Shown one piece after another: positions 30,295 to 39,635 of a stretch of DNA of 64,000 bases. Below the pieces are notes generated by a model that ran no database searches, was not told where the DNA came from, and worked only from the letters and a program-made list of their open reading frames with translations. Made by a program: the position numbers and the translations under genes. The stretch lies in contig CAVTMK010000002.1 in assembly GCA_963735805.1 (NCBI GenBank), forward strand, positions 1,568,001-1,632,000, written 5' to 3'. Source of the DNA: an uncultured Verrucomicrobiae bacterium (GTDB lineage: Bacteria; Verrucomicrobiota; Verrucomicrobiia; Chthoniobacterales; UBA10450). Each line of letters begins with the position of its first letter. Position 1 is the stretch's first letter.

Positions 30295-30371
30295 GTCGAG
30301 CGAAGTCGAGAGATCCCTCAATATTTAATGCGATTCAATCAAGAGATTCCTCGACTCCGCTCGGAATGACA
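30289..30371 (-). repeat. Palindromic TGTCAT...ATGACA element, copy 3
   Basis: Plus strand tgtcatgtcgagcgaagtcgagagatccc ... gagattcctcgactccgctcggaatgaca. Confidence 0.88.
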
Positions 30372-30435
30372 AAAGAGAAACGCTGGCGAAGTCGAAAATT
30401 CTAAGCGTGTTCTTGGAAAACACGAGTTGTTTCCT

Positions 30436-31746
30436 CTACAAGGTAGCGAGGACTTCGCGAATCACAGCGGCGGTACGTTCGAGATGTTCCGGCGTGTGCG
30501 CCGTGGATATGAACCCGGTCTCAAACTGCGATGGCGCGAAATAGATCCCGCGGTTTAGACACCCATGAAAAAATCCGGCGAACTTTTTCAAATCGCTCCG
30601 CTGCGCGCTCGCCAGATCGAGAATCGGCCCCTGCGCAAAAAACAAACAGAACATTGAACCGATTCTATGAAAGGTGAAGTCGGGCATCTCCTGGCTGCCG
30701 CGGGATGAATTCGATGTGGCGAACTTAATTGCTTCTCGGGCAGCTGTCTCGAACTGTGCGCCAAGCTCTGCCAGCAATTTCCATCCATTGATCCGCTCGA
30801 GTTCACGCAGTTGTGCGAGACCTGCAGCCATAGCCAAAGGATTACCGGACAACGTTCCTGCCTGATAAACGGGACCATCAGGTGAAAGCTGATCCATGAT
30901 TTCGGCCCGTCCACCGAACGCGCCCACCGGGAGCCCGCCCCCAATCACTTTTCCTAGTGCTGTCAGATCGGGTGTGACTCCGTAAATTTCCTGTGCGCCT
31001 CCGCGCGCTAGGCGGAAACCGGTAATGACTTCGTCAAAGATCAAGAGCGTACTGTTGACCGTGCATTCGTCCCGCAAGGCCGCTAAAAAATCGTCGCCCG
31101 GAAGATAGAGCCCTGCATTGGCAGGAACAGGTTCTACTATTACTGCTGCGATTTTCCCCTTATTCTCGGCAAATGCTTTTCGCACTCGGCCGGCATCGTT
31201 GAATGGCAGTGAGATGGTGAGCTCGGCAAATGCTTGCGGCACGCCTGCGCTGTCAGGCCTGCCGTGAGTGAGCGCGCCGCTTCCCGTTTTGACAAGGAGC
31301 CCATCGACATGGCCGTGATAACACCCATCGAACTTGATGATCCTGTCGCGCCGGGTGAAGGCGCGCGCCAGTCGAATGCATGACATGGTCGCTTCCGTGC
31401 CGCTGCTTACCATCCGCACTTTCTCGATCGACGGCACCCAACTGCAAATCAATTCCGCCATCTCCACTTCGAGTGGATTTGGAATTCCAAAACTCAAGCC
31501 GTGCGTAGCAACTTCTCGCACAGCGTCCACGACGACTTTTGGCGCGTGCCCGAGAATCGCTGGTCCCCAGCTTCCCACGTAGTCGATGTATTCCTTTCCA
31601 TCGACGTCCCAAATCTTCGCGCCCCCGGCGTGGGATACAAAGAACGGCGCGCTACCCACATTGCGAAACGCGCGTACCGGCGAATTCACACCCGCGGGAA
31701 TCCGTTTCTGCGCAGCGGCGAAGAGTTGCGATGAATGGAAAGTCAT
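30436..31746 (-). CDS. hemL: Glutamate-1-semialdehyde 2,1-aminomutase
   Basis: GVNSPVRAF, GCYHGH, GKVIGGGLP, YQAGTLSGNP. Confidence 0.95.
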   Translation of the reverse strand: MTFHSSQLFAAAQKRIPAGVNSPVRAFRNVGSAPFFVSHAGGAKIWDVDGKEYIDYVGSWGPAILGHAPKVVVDAVREVATHGLSFGIPNPLEVEMAELICSWVPSIEKVRMVSSGTEATMSCIRLARAFTRRDRIIKFDGCYHGHVDGLLVKTGSGALTHGRPDSAGVPQAFAELTISLPFNDAGRVRKAFAENKGKIAAVIVEPVPANAGLYLPGDDFLAALRDECTVNSTLLIFDEVITGFRLARGGAQEIYGVTPDLTALGKVIGGGLPVGAFGGRAEIMDQLSPDGPVYQAGTLSGNPLAMAAGLAQLRELERINGWKLLAELGAQFETAAREAIKFATSNSSRGSQEMPDFTFHRIGSMFCLFFAQGPILDLASAQRSDLKKFAGFFHGCLNRGIYFAPSQFETGFISTAHTPEHLERTAAVIREVLATL

Positions 31747-31750
31747 ACTC

Positions 31751-31786
31751 CGTTCAGACGCTCAACGGTCAGTGTCCAACGTTCAA
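31751..31786. repeat. Heptamer-periodic tract upstream of hemL
   Basis: Minus strand ttgaacg ttggaca ctgaccg ttgagcg tctgaacg. Confidence 0.55.
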
Positions 31787-31865
31787 TGCACAATTTTGCA
31801 GGGCAGCGCTCCCCGACTCTCACCGCTCCACTGCTCGTCACTGTTCTTCTGTCGTCCCGTCTGGA

Positions 31866-31893
31866 TTGACACGCTGTCAGCGCACTCGATAAT
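31866..31893 (+). promoter_or_regulatory. Sigma70-type promoter for tRNA-Cys
   Basis: TTGACA-16 nt-GATAAT, 18 nt before the tRNA. Confidence 0.65.
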
Positions 31894-31911
31894 TTCATTT
31901 CCCAAGCGTCC

Positions 31912-31983
31912 GGCGGGGTAGCCAAGTGGTAAGGTCGCGGTCTGCAAAACCGCTATTCGCGGGTTCGATTCCCGCCCCCGCCT
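31912..31983 (+). tRNA. tRNA-Cys(GCA), CCA not encoded
   Basis: Acceptor stem GGCGGGG/CCCCGCC, anticodon arm GCGGT-CTGCAAA-ACCGC, T-loop GGTTCGATTCC, U discriminator. Confidence 0.95.
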
Positions 31984-32266
31984 CTTTTCATCGGTAACTC
32001 GACTTTACTAATATGGGCGGAAATCGTCCGATTTGTTGTGACTCAGATTATTTGCTGCTGTTTTCGGAGCCGCCCCTGCCCCACACAAACAGGACAGCAC
32101 TTTAGAATCAGGCATTACGCTTCAGTGGGTGGCGGCTTTTTGTTTTGCCTCACTTCACAATTCTTTGAACTCGCCCGCGTGCTACTTAACGCTATGAGAC
32201 ACGCTTCCGTCCTTTCGAACCGACACTCCGATTCGCTGGTCGTTCGCGTCTACACAAGCCCGGTCG

Positions 32267-32356
32267 TCAAACCGCGCCTGCGTAACAGGTGCATTCGAAA
32301 AAGATCGGCACCCTTTTCAGCATCGGTTTGATCCACCGCTTCTTTGTTCGTTTCAT
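32267..32356 (-). CDS. pqqA: PqqA-like precursor peptide MKRTKKRWIKPMLKRVPIFFECTCYAGAV (29 aa)
   Basis: Translated by hand; W-x-K-P leader and E-x-x-x-Y core near the C-terminus; ATG overlaps the upstream stop (ATGA). Confidence 0.75.
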   Translation of the reverse strand: MKRTKKRWIKPMLKRVPIFFECTCYAGAV

Positions 32357-32580
32357 ACCTGGTTGGGGAAACTGTGCGCTTCCAATCTTCGAGTAATCTG
32401 CGCTAAACTCCGGACGACATCGACGTCCGACGGTGTGAGCGGTAAACTAAACGTGAACTCGCGCAGTGCGTTCGGATGAAACCTCACCCTATTGCGCTGG
32501 TAGTCGATTTCCAGTTCGCCATTAAGGGTTTCAGTCTCTCTTGGCCTAGTTATCGAATTTTCCTGGCTTTCGTCGTCCAT
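32353..32580 (-). CDS. Hypothetical protein coupled to the pqqA-like gene
   Basis: GAGGT Shine-Dalgarno 5 nt before the ATG; stop overlaps the peptide start. Confidence 0.55.
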   Translation of the reverse strand: MDDESQENSITRPRETETLNGELEIDYQRNRVRFHPNALREFTFSLPLTPSDVDVVRSLAQITRRLEAHSFPNQV

Positions 32581-32683
32581 TTTCTACCTCGTTCTACGGA
32601 GCCGACGCGACGAAGTTTCGGAAAAAAAAGAAACGGCAGTTGAGACATGAATCAAGGTGCCCCCAGCGGGTCACCCCGTACCC

Positions 32684-32853
32684 AGCGAAGCCGGATGGAC
32701 TTGGGACGTGTCTCAGCCATTCGATTCCAAGTGGCGAACGATCTGGATTGTCGATGTGCACCGCGACGAGGCAAAACGTTCGTTGTACGAACGGACGAAA
32801 GGCTGACTGCGCTTGTGAAAGTTGAATCAACGAACTGCGCTTACGGCGAATGT
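32684..32853 (+). pseudogene. Frameshifted copy of a small Chthoniobacterales-type hypothetical gene
   Basis: Segments SEAGWTW / RVSAI / RTIWIVDVHRD / GKTFVVRTDERLTA in alternating frames; family recognised from memory only. Confidence 0.5.
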
Positions 32854-33039
32854 CCTCCACAGCCTGGCGAGCTTTTCGCTTTTTTCTGAAACGCTTCGGC
32901 TTTTTTCTCTTTTGTAAGGCTTATGAAACCAAATCCAAAAAACCTAGGGAGGAAAATATGAAACTGTTTAGTCCGCCGATTTCCGTCCTTGTCAGTGACG
33001 TTCCGTGAAGGGGATTTTGCCCGTCGCGCGTAAACTCGT

Positions 33040-33067
33040 TTGACAACTCTCCCAACTCGTCTATAAG
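33040..33067 (+). promoter_or_regulatory. Putative sigma70 promoter
   Basis: TTGACA-16 nt-TATAAG. Confidence 0.5.
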
Positions 33068-33237
33068 GGGGACCGGCTCGGCATACCGGGTCATCGTCAA
33101 GTCCGTGCGACGTCCTAAAGGCTAGCGCGCCGGGGCTGTTCCAAGATCTGACGTAAAAGCCACATCCTCGGCTTTCAGTATCAAGAATGGCTTGCTCCAC
33201 CCGAGACGCGACAACATTGGAGCAACGCTTGGATATC

Positions 33238-33630
33238 ATGAAGTTATCTTACACAGTTATATTGTTGTTATCGTTGGCATCGGCCGCTGTCGCGCGTGAG
33301 GAATCGATCCTGGCGCGCGTGACCAGTTACTGGGCAGGTGAAGGCTCCAAATACGCCAGTACCGGCCAGCGACTGCGCGCTGGACATTGCGCCGTTGACC
33401 CAAAGCGAATTCCGTACGGCAGTAAAGTTGTCTTTCCAGATTGTATCTGCACCGCGGTCGATACCGGACCCGCGGTCGTTAGTCGCAAAGCCGCTCGTGT
33501 ATGCGCTCGAACTGCGAGCCAACTTCAAGCTATCGTAGTCGATCGATTTTTTGAAACAAAGCGAGAGGCCATGGCGTGGACGAACGCGCATCCGCACTTT
33601 ATGACGCTTCAAATTGTCCGGCGCCCCTGA
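33238..33630 (+). CDS. Exported 3D-domain protein
   Basis: Signal peptide; AVDPKRIPYGS, AVDTG, VDRF. Confidence 0.8.
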   Translation: MKLSYTVILLLSLASAAVAREESILARVTSYWAGEGSKYASTGQRLRAGHCAVDPKRIPYGSKVVFPDCICTAVDTGPAVVSRKAARVCARTASQLQAIVVDRFFETKREAMAWTNAHPHFMTLQIVRRP

Positions 33631-33646
33631 TTACCCGAGAACCTCC

Positions 33647-33897
33647 ATGGATTCCAAAATCATGCTTGGCAATGCCGAGACACTGCAGGATTTGGACACC
33701 CTGCTTTGGTAGAATCGAAAAACCTGGCAGCACTCGACGGTTTGCGCGAGAAGACCGATCCGATCGCCAGAAAAACCCAGGGGACACCAAATCAACGGCT
33801 CGCCGCACAGACGAAACGGCTGGAAATTCGCGAAATTATGGGCAGCAAGAACATGCGCGAAATCACGCTGAATAATTCCCGCTCTCCGAACTATTAG
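33647..33897 (+). pseudogene. Probable truncated, frameshifted gene fragment
   Basis: ATG frame stops at 33712; the overlapping frame from 33706 continues a protein-like sequence (KNLAALDGLREKTDPI...EIMGSKNMREITL). Confidence 0.4.
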
Positions 33898-34034
33898 GTT
33901 CGTTGGTCCATTGCTGACGCAGACCCGGAAACGATGGGAAACCTGGGGGTATTTCTGAATCGACGCGCCATTACAAAGTCGTAATAACGAAATCTTTGGA
34001 CGACCTTTTGATAAGAACTACCGTAAAAACGAGT

Positions 34035-34328
34035 ATGAAAACGATAAAAGTGGTAGCAGCGACAGTTTTAGGTATTGGGTTCGCTTTTGGCGCAGCCGCT
34101 GAACCCGGAAAACATCCCGGGGAAAAGGTTGAACTGAAATCGCTCCCCACAGCAGTCCAGGACACAATTAATCAAAAGGCAGCAGGCGGAAACATCGTTC
34201 GGGTAATGAGGGAAGACGACCCGGATGGGAAGTGGAATTACGAGGTTGTTGTCAAAGCCAATGGGAAGGAGTCGGGTTTCGAGGTGGATCCCAACGGACG
34301 TTTCGTGAAGCAACACGAAGCGAACTAA
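34035..34328 (+). CDS. Exported PepSY-like protein
   Basis: Signal peptide; LPTAVQDTI, YEVVV, FEVDPNG. Confidence 0.7.
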   Translation: MKTIKVVAATVLGIGFAFGAAAEPGKHPGEKVELKSLPTAVQDTINQKAAGGNIVRVMREDDPDGKWNYEVVVKANGKESGFEVDPNGRFVKQHEAN

Positions 34329-34437
34329 GAGGTCGTGTCTGGGAGTCGTTGACGAAAGGGCGATCGCGCACACCGCGAAAACGCCAAAGACAGCAACTGT
34401 TCTTATACAGGGGGGTGCAAACTGGCGCTGCGCTAGT

Positions 34438-35823
34438 TTACTCGCGCAGCCGAATCGGTCGCGACGTGAGGTCGAGTTTGCCTGAGGACATTACGCGCTC
34501 GATGAAGCCCGTGTCGTAGTTGCCGGCACGGAATTCTCCGTTGCGCATGATGGCCGCATGAAACGGCACAGTGGTCTTGATGCCGGTGATGTAATACTCG
34601 TCCAGTGCGCGCCGCATCCGCTCGATCGCATTGATTCGAGTCGCGCCCACCGTAATGATTTTTGCAATCAATGAATCGTAATACGGCGGCACAGTGTAAC
34701 CAGTGTAAACGTGGGAATCGATTCGAACGCCGCGGCCGCCCGGCGCATAATAGAAGTCGATTCGGCCCGGCGTTGGTTGAAAATCCTTCGCCGGATCTTC
34801 TGCGTTAATGCGACATTCGATCGCGTGCAGCCGGGGGGTCGCCCGCGCGACATGTTCCGAAAGCGGTTCGCCTGCGGCAATGCGGATTTGTTCCTTTACC
34901 AAATCGCATCCGTAAACCTCTTCCGTAATCGTGTGTTCGACCTGGATGCGTGTGTTCATCTCCATAAAGTAAAAATGCCGTTCCTGGTCAACCAGGAATT
35001 CAATCGTGCCCGCGTTCTCGTAGCCAACTGACTTGGCCAGCTTTATGGCGGCGTGTCCCATCTTCTTCCGCAGACTCGCAGTCATTAGAGGCGATGGACA
35101 TTCTTCAATAATCTTCTGGTTGCGCCGTTGAATAGAGCAATCGCGTTCGCCCAGATGGACAATGTGACCATGACCATCGGCCACAATCTGGAATTCGACG
35201 TGATGCGGATTGACGATGAGCTTCTCGATATAGACCCGATCATCTCCGAAAGCTTTTTCGGCTTCGTGACGCGCGCTATGAAAGGCTGATTGCAAGCTCG
35301 GTTCATTGTGCGCCATCCGCATTCCACGTCCGCCCCCGCCGGCGGCTGCTTTGATCATTACAGGATAACCGATTTTCTTCGCGATTTTGATCGCGTCGCT
35401 CTCTGCCTCGATAATTCCGTCGCTTCCCGGCGTCACTGGTACGCCGGCTTTTCGCGCCGCGGTGCGCGCGGCATTCTTATCCCCCATCGCCTGCATCGCT
35501 TGCGATGAAGGTCCAATGAACTTGATATTGCAGCTTTCACATACTTCCGCGAAATGTGGGTTCTCGGCAAGAAATCCGTAGCCAGGATGGATCGCATCGA
35601 CATCGCCAATCTCGGCTGCGCTCATGATTCGGTCGATCTTGAGGTAACTTTCCGTGCTGGGCGGCGCGCCGATGCAAATGGATTCGTCTGCAAGCTGCAC
35701 ATGCAACGAATCGACGTCGGCCTCAGAATAAACCGCCAGGGTTCGGATGCCGAGCTCCTTGCAGGCGCGAATTACGCGCAACGCAATCTCACCGCGATTG
35801 GCAATCAGAACTTTTTCAAACAT
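34438..35823 (-). CDS. accC: Acetyl-CoA carboxylase, biotin carboxylase subunit
   Basis: [33 protein letters not shown]. Confidence 0.96.
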   Translation of the reverse strand: MFEKVLIANRGEIALRVIRACKELGIRTLAVYSEADVDSLHVQLADESICIGAPPSTESYLKIDRIMSAAEIGDVDAIHPGYGFLAENPHFAEVCESCNIKFIGPSSQAMQAMGDKNAARTAARKAGVPVTPGSDGIIEAESDAIKIAKKIGYPVMIKAAAGGGGRGMRMAHNEPSLQSAFHSARHEAEKAFGDDRVYIEKLIVNPHHVEFQIVADGHGHIVHLGERDCSIQRRNQKIIEECPSPLMTASLRKKMGHAAIKLAKSVGYENAGTIEFLVDQERHFYFMEMNTRIQVEHTITEEVYGCDLVKEQIRIAAGEPLSEHVARATPRLHAIECRINAEDPAKDFQPTPGRIDFYYAPGGRGVRIDSHVYTGYTVPPYYDSLIAKIITVGATRINAIERMRRALDEYYITGIKTTVPFHAAIMRNGEFRAGNYDTGFIERVMSSGKLDLTSRPIRLRE

Positions 35824-35834
35824 GGCCTGGCAAG

Positions 35835-35900
35835 GTAGGGAAAACGGGTCCGCTTGCCTGGTTTAGAAGCGCACACTTGCAAGCGATGCGCCTGCCTTAC
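35835..35900. repeat. Degenerate GTAG-type REP doublet
   Basis: gtagggaaaacgggtccgcttgcc ... gcaagcgatgcgcctgccttac between accB and accC. Confidence 0.5.
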
Positions 35901-35921
35901 AATCAAATTTTCTCCGATGCA

Positions 35922-36398
35922 TCAACGAACTTTGAAAAGCACTTGCCCGAACTGGACGGGTTTGCCGTTTTCGGCCACTACTTCTGCAATCACACCGCTC
36001 ACTTCGGCCTTGATCTCATTCATCACTTTCATCGCCTCGATAATGCAAACCACTGTTTCTTCTGTAACGGTTTTTCCGATATCAACAAAGGGCGAGCCGT
36101 CCGGCGATGCAGCGCGATAAAACGTGCCCACCATGGGTGAGACGATTTCCCTGAGTTGGACGCTTTCGATCGGCTTGGGTAAGGCAGTCGCAACTTCAGG
36201 ACCAGCTGTGGCTGCCTTGGGAGCAATCGCCGTTGGGAGCGGCCCAGCCGCAGGTGTCTGACCTGAAGTACCTCTTTGAATGTTTATGCGCAACCCTTCC
36301 TTTTCGATTTCGAGCACGGAAAGGTCGTTCTTCTTCATCAGATCGATGAGCGTCTTAATTTCTTTGATGTCCTTGGGTTCCAACACGTGCTCCTCCAA
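35922..36398 (-). CDS. accB: Biotin carboxyl carrier protein
   Basis: SPMVGTFY, EAMKVMNEI; start uncertain. Confidence 0.93.
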   Translation of the reverse strand: MEEHVLEPKDIKEIKTLIDLMKKNDLSVLEIEKEGLRINIQRGTSGQTPAAGPLPTAIAPKAATAGPEVATALPKPIESVQLREIVSPMVGTFYRAASPDGSPFVDIGKTVTEETVVCIIEAMKVMNEIKAEVSGVIAEVVAENGKPVQFGQVLFKVR

Positions 36399-36467
36399 AA
36401 GTTAAGAGGCTAGGTAAAGCAGTTTTGGGAATGAGGTCAAGGCAATCGTGGTTATTGTTGCCGTGAA

Positions 36468-37250
36468 ATGATCGAGTCGCCGACGGCAGTCGATTTCAAA
36501 ATCGTTGAAGAAACCGATGAGTATGCCGTCGTCGATAAGCCGCCGTTTCTATTGATTCACCCCACGAAACCGGATGGCACGCGAACTTTGTGGCAGGAGT
36601 TGCGGGAGGTCTTCGCGTTCGAAATCGCCGCGGGCGGCCAGGTATCTATAATAAATCGCCTCGATCGTGAGACCAGCGGTCTGGTCCTAGTTGCCAAGAA
36701 ACCTGATGTCGCGCGCCGATTTGGGCTCCTGATGCAACGGCATTGTCTAGAGAAGGAGTATCTGGCAATTGTATGGGGTTGGCCGGACTGGGACGCCACA
36801 CTTGTCGATGCCGCCTTGGACCGGCAAGGTAAACATCAACACTCTGCAATTTGGCTGAAGCAAATGATTCATCCGTCTGGCGCTGCTGCGCGGACTGAAT
36901 TTCGGGTCGAGCGGCGATTCATTCACGTCGTGACGAATACCAGTCCGGTTGGGGCCAGCCCTGCTCTGCAAGGCGACAAATTCAGTTTAGTTCGAGCAGT
37001 TCCACATACGGGACGCACTCACCAGATTCGAGTGCATCTGGCGTCGGTTGGGCACCCGATTGTGGGCGACAAAATTTACGGGGCGGACGAAAATCTTTAC
37101 CTGCGGTTCATCGAGACTGGGTGGACGTCTGAGCTCCAACGCCAACTGCTCCTGCCACGCCATGCTTTGCACTCGACGAGATTGGCAATCGAGGGCGAGC
37201 ATGAATGGACCAGCTCACTGCCTCCCGATCTGGTGGAATTCATTAAATAG
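36468..37250 (+). CDS. RluA family pseudouridine synthase
   Basis: VDKP, NRLDRETSG, TGRTHQIRVH, GDKIYG. Confidence 0.9.
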   Translation: MIESPTAVDFKIVEETDEYAVVDKPPFLLIHPTKPDGTRTLWQELREVFAFEIAAGGQVSIINRLDRETSGLVLVAKKPDVARRFGLLMQRHCLEKEYLAIVWGWPDWDATLVDAALDRQGKHQHSAIWLKQMIHPSGAAARTEFRVERRFIHVVTNTSPVGASPALQGDKFSLVRAVPHTGRTHQIRVHLASVGHPIVGDKIYGADENLYLRFIETGWTSELQRQLLLPRHALHSTRLAIEGEHEWTSSLPPDLVEFIK

Positions 37251-37333
37251 GACAGCACGCTGTATCCAGACGCTGCAGCGTGGCGACCCTTCTGATTGCA
37301 ATCCGATCAGGCCTTCTTATCGTAGCGCGCCGA

Positions 37334-37945
37334 ATGAAAACGCTTCGCGCCTGTACTCTCTGTGCGATCGTTCTTGCTTGCTCACAGGCACTCGGCGGAA
37401 CGGTAGAGGCAACCGCCGAAACGACAACAGAAGAACTGAACCCACAACGATTCGAATTAGCAGTCGAGTCAGGTTATTTGTTCGGCGCAATTAATCCGCC
37501 TGCCGATTACCAAATTGGCGCGGAATTCGTGACCGCGCGCGTTCGATGGGGAGTTGTCGAGCGCGATACGTGGCTGCGCGGCTACAACCAATTTTATGTG
37601 AGCGCGATTGCGGAACCGATCTTTAAAGGAATCGAAAACCGTTATTTCGGCATCAACCTCGGAATGCGTTACAACTTTGTTCGACCGCGCAGCCGGTTTG
37701 TTCCCTATATTTCGGGCGGACTCGGCTTGGGATGGATCGACAGTCAGTCGCAGGTTTTTGGGGGTCAGGGGCAGGATTTTACATTCAACATTTTGACGGC
37801 CGCAGGGATTTCCTATCTCGTGGACGATCACTGGAAGATAAGCGTAGGGGCGCTTTATCAGCATCTCTCAAACGGAGGGCAAACCGATCCCAATCCCAGC
37901 CTGAATCTTTTCGGCCCACAGGTGGGCGCTAGCTATTCGTTTTGA
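37334..37945 (+). CDS. PagL-like lipid A deacylase / acyloxyacyl hydrolase beta-barrel
   Basis: Signal peptide, HLSNGG...NPSLN motif, terminal Phe. Confidence 0.7.
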   Translation: MKTLRACTLCAIVLACSQALGGTVEATAETTTEELNPQRFELAVESGYLFGAINPPADYQIGAEFVTARVRWGVVERDTWLRGYNQFYVSAIAEPIFKGIENRYFGINLGMRYNFVRPRSRFVPYISGGLGLGWIDSQSQVFGGQGQDFTFNILTAAGISYLVDDHWKISVGALYQHLSNGGQTDPNPSLNLFGPQVGASYSF

Positions 37946-37953
37946 TCTTTCCC

Positions 37954-38041
37954 GTCATGTCGAGTGAAGTCGAGGCATCCCGCAGCAAAAGCAACCCGCA
38001 CTATCACGGGATTCTCTGAATTCGCTTCGCTCAGGGATGAC
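37954..38041 (-). repeat. Palindromic GTCAT...ATGAC element, copy 4 (reverse orientation, degenerate)
   Basis: gtcatgtcgagtgaagtcgaggcatccc ... gggattctc...ttcgctcagggatgac. Confidence 0.7.
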
Positions 38042-38056
38042 AGCATTTCTAAAGTG

Positions 38057-38674
38057 ATGAGTAATCCGCCAAACGAGAACGTCCTGGTCGTCAGGCGCGC
38101 GCTCTTCGATGAGCTGGGCACTTTTCAGGGATTAAATTTCGAGCCGGAAAAATACTTGACGGCCATTCTGTCTCGCGGGAGCAATTTTTTCATTCCGCGT
38201 CACCAAGCTGAAAACGATCCCGCCTATAAGCAAATCATCCCGTATGCGCTGATGGCCTTTGAAAACACGGTGCTTCATTACGTGCGCGGCAAAAAGGCAG
38301 GCGAACAGCGGTTGGTAGCGAAAGGCTCGATCGGCATCGGCGGCCACATGAACGAAACTGACGAATCGCTCTTTGCCATGGATGAACAGGCCTATCGAGC
38401 TGGAGTCGAGCGCGAAGTAAACGAGGAAATCAAGATCGATACTCCGTTTGAAGATCGAATCGTTGCGCTTTTAAATGACGACTCAACCGACGTCGGACGG
38501 GTTCACATGGGGATCGTGCACCTCTTCAAATTGAAGGAACCGAAAGTGCAGAAGCGTGAAGCGATGATCACCGGCCTGAGCTTTCTGAACAGGGAAGAAC
38601 TGATGGCCCGTCGCGAATTACTGGAGAGCTGGTCGCAAATCTGTCTCGATTCGCTGGACCGCCTGTTGACCTAA
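38057..38674 (+). CDS. NUDIX-like predicted phosphoesterase
   Basis: KQIIPY, SIGIGGH, REVNEE, VGRVHMG; ATG at 38057. Confidence 0.75.
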   Translation: MSNPPNENVLVVRRALFDELGTFQGLNFEPEKYLTAILSRGSNFFIPRHQAENDPAYKQIIPYALMAFENTVLHYVRGKKAGEQRLVAKGSIGIGGHMNETDESLFAMDEQAYRAGVEREVNEEIKIDTPFEDRIVALLNDDSTDVGRVHMGIVHLFKLKEPKVQKREAMITGLSFLNREELMARRELLESWSQICLDSLDRLLT

Positions 38675-38720
38675 CAACTCTCGTGCTTCGGTAGGATTTG
38701 ACGATTTATCGGCGCATACC

Positions 38721-39179
38721 CTATCGCGCCATCTCCGCCGCGAAATTTAGCTCGTCAATTTGCCAACGACCCACTGGATGGGAAACAGCCACATTGATAT
38801 CAGCTCCTCTGGTTGGATAAGCAATGTGCGCGTGGAAGTTGCCGTTTGGCTCGAAAAAATGGGACTGAAACACAATTTCACCGTCCACCTTTGGCGGAGA
38901 TAGCGGCGTTCCAAGCTTGTCCAATTGAGTCATGAGATCCTGTTGCGCCGAAGGCGGATACTGTAAACGCATTGCGGGGCTCAAATGATCCGCGAAAAAC
39001 TTTATGTTATGTTGCATGATGAGCTCCTGGATCACTTGCTTCCCAAATTGATTACCCTCCTGCGCCATTTGGCGCTTATTGGAATCGAGCCACCAATATC
39101 CAATGCCGATCAACACGAGAACGATGATTAAGATAACGAGAATTTGTCCTGATAACTTAGACCGTGGATTTATTTTCAT
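38721..39179 (-). CDS. Hypothetical single-TM protein
   Basis: N-terminal hydrophobic helix followed by a globular domain. Confidence 0.65.
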   Translation of the reverse strand: MKINPRSKLSGQILVILIIVLVLIGIGYWWLDSNKRQMAQEGNQFGKQVIQELIMQHNIKFFADHLSPAMRLQYPPSAQQDLMTQLDKLGTPLSPPKVDGEIVFQSHFFEPNGNFHAHIAYPTRGADINVAVSHPVGRWQIDELNFAAEMAR

Positions 39180-39197
39180 TTTGTTTAAGATTCATTG

Positions 39198-39557
39198 TTA
39201 ATAGCCGAAACCCAGGCCTTTAATCACCTCGCCATTGCGGATCAAGGCTCCATGGCTTTGCATTCCCGTGTAAGCGCCGAAGCGATTTCGCGCGTTTACC
39301 TTGAAATTGACCAGATAGCCGTAAAGAGGTTTGTCTTTCTCGCCCAAACTCGCAGGCTTGGGGTCGCCATTCCACTCGATCCGTGCACTGCCAGCATCGA
39401 TTAATTGCGTATCGAGCCATTTCATAACGATTTCCTTGTAATTCGTCGGGTACTGTCCATAGCGCTCTGTATCGGCAGGTGGGGTTTCTGCGCGTAAACT
39501 GGCCACCGCGCACACTCCCATAAAGAGCACGCAGAACACCGATACAAGCTTTTTCAT
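39198..39557 (-). CDS. Hypothetical exported protein
   Basis: Signal peptide; VNARNRFGAYTG motif. Confidence 0.7.
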   Translation of the reverse strand: MKKLVSVFCVLFMGVCAVASLRAETPPADTERYGQYPTNYKEIVMKWLDTQLIDAGSARIEWNGDPKPASLGEKDKPLYGYLVNFKVNARNRFGAYTGMQSHGALIRNGEVIKGLGFGY

Positions 39558-39635
39558 ATGGGCATCTTCTGTTGGGCGAGACAGCTAGTCCAGCTTATTG
39601 AATCGCTGTTGTAACGCTGCCTCTCTCTTAAATTC

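Noticed and set aside
35329..35341. ccgcccccgcc as a duplicated tRNA-Cys 3' end (attR)
   Set aside because: Short GC-rich match inside the accC Gly-rich codons; likely chance.
37964..38056. N-terminal ORF extensions running through repeat copies (also 26549-26587 and 30295-30321)
   Set aside because: These are translations of the repeat arms; the downstream ATGs fit the protein families better.
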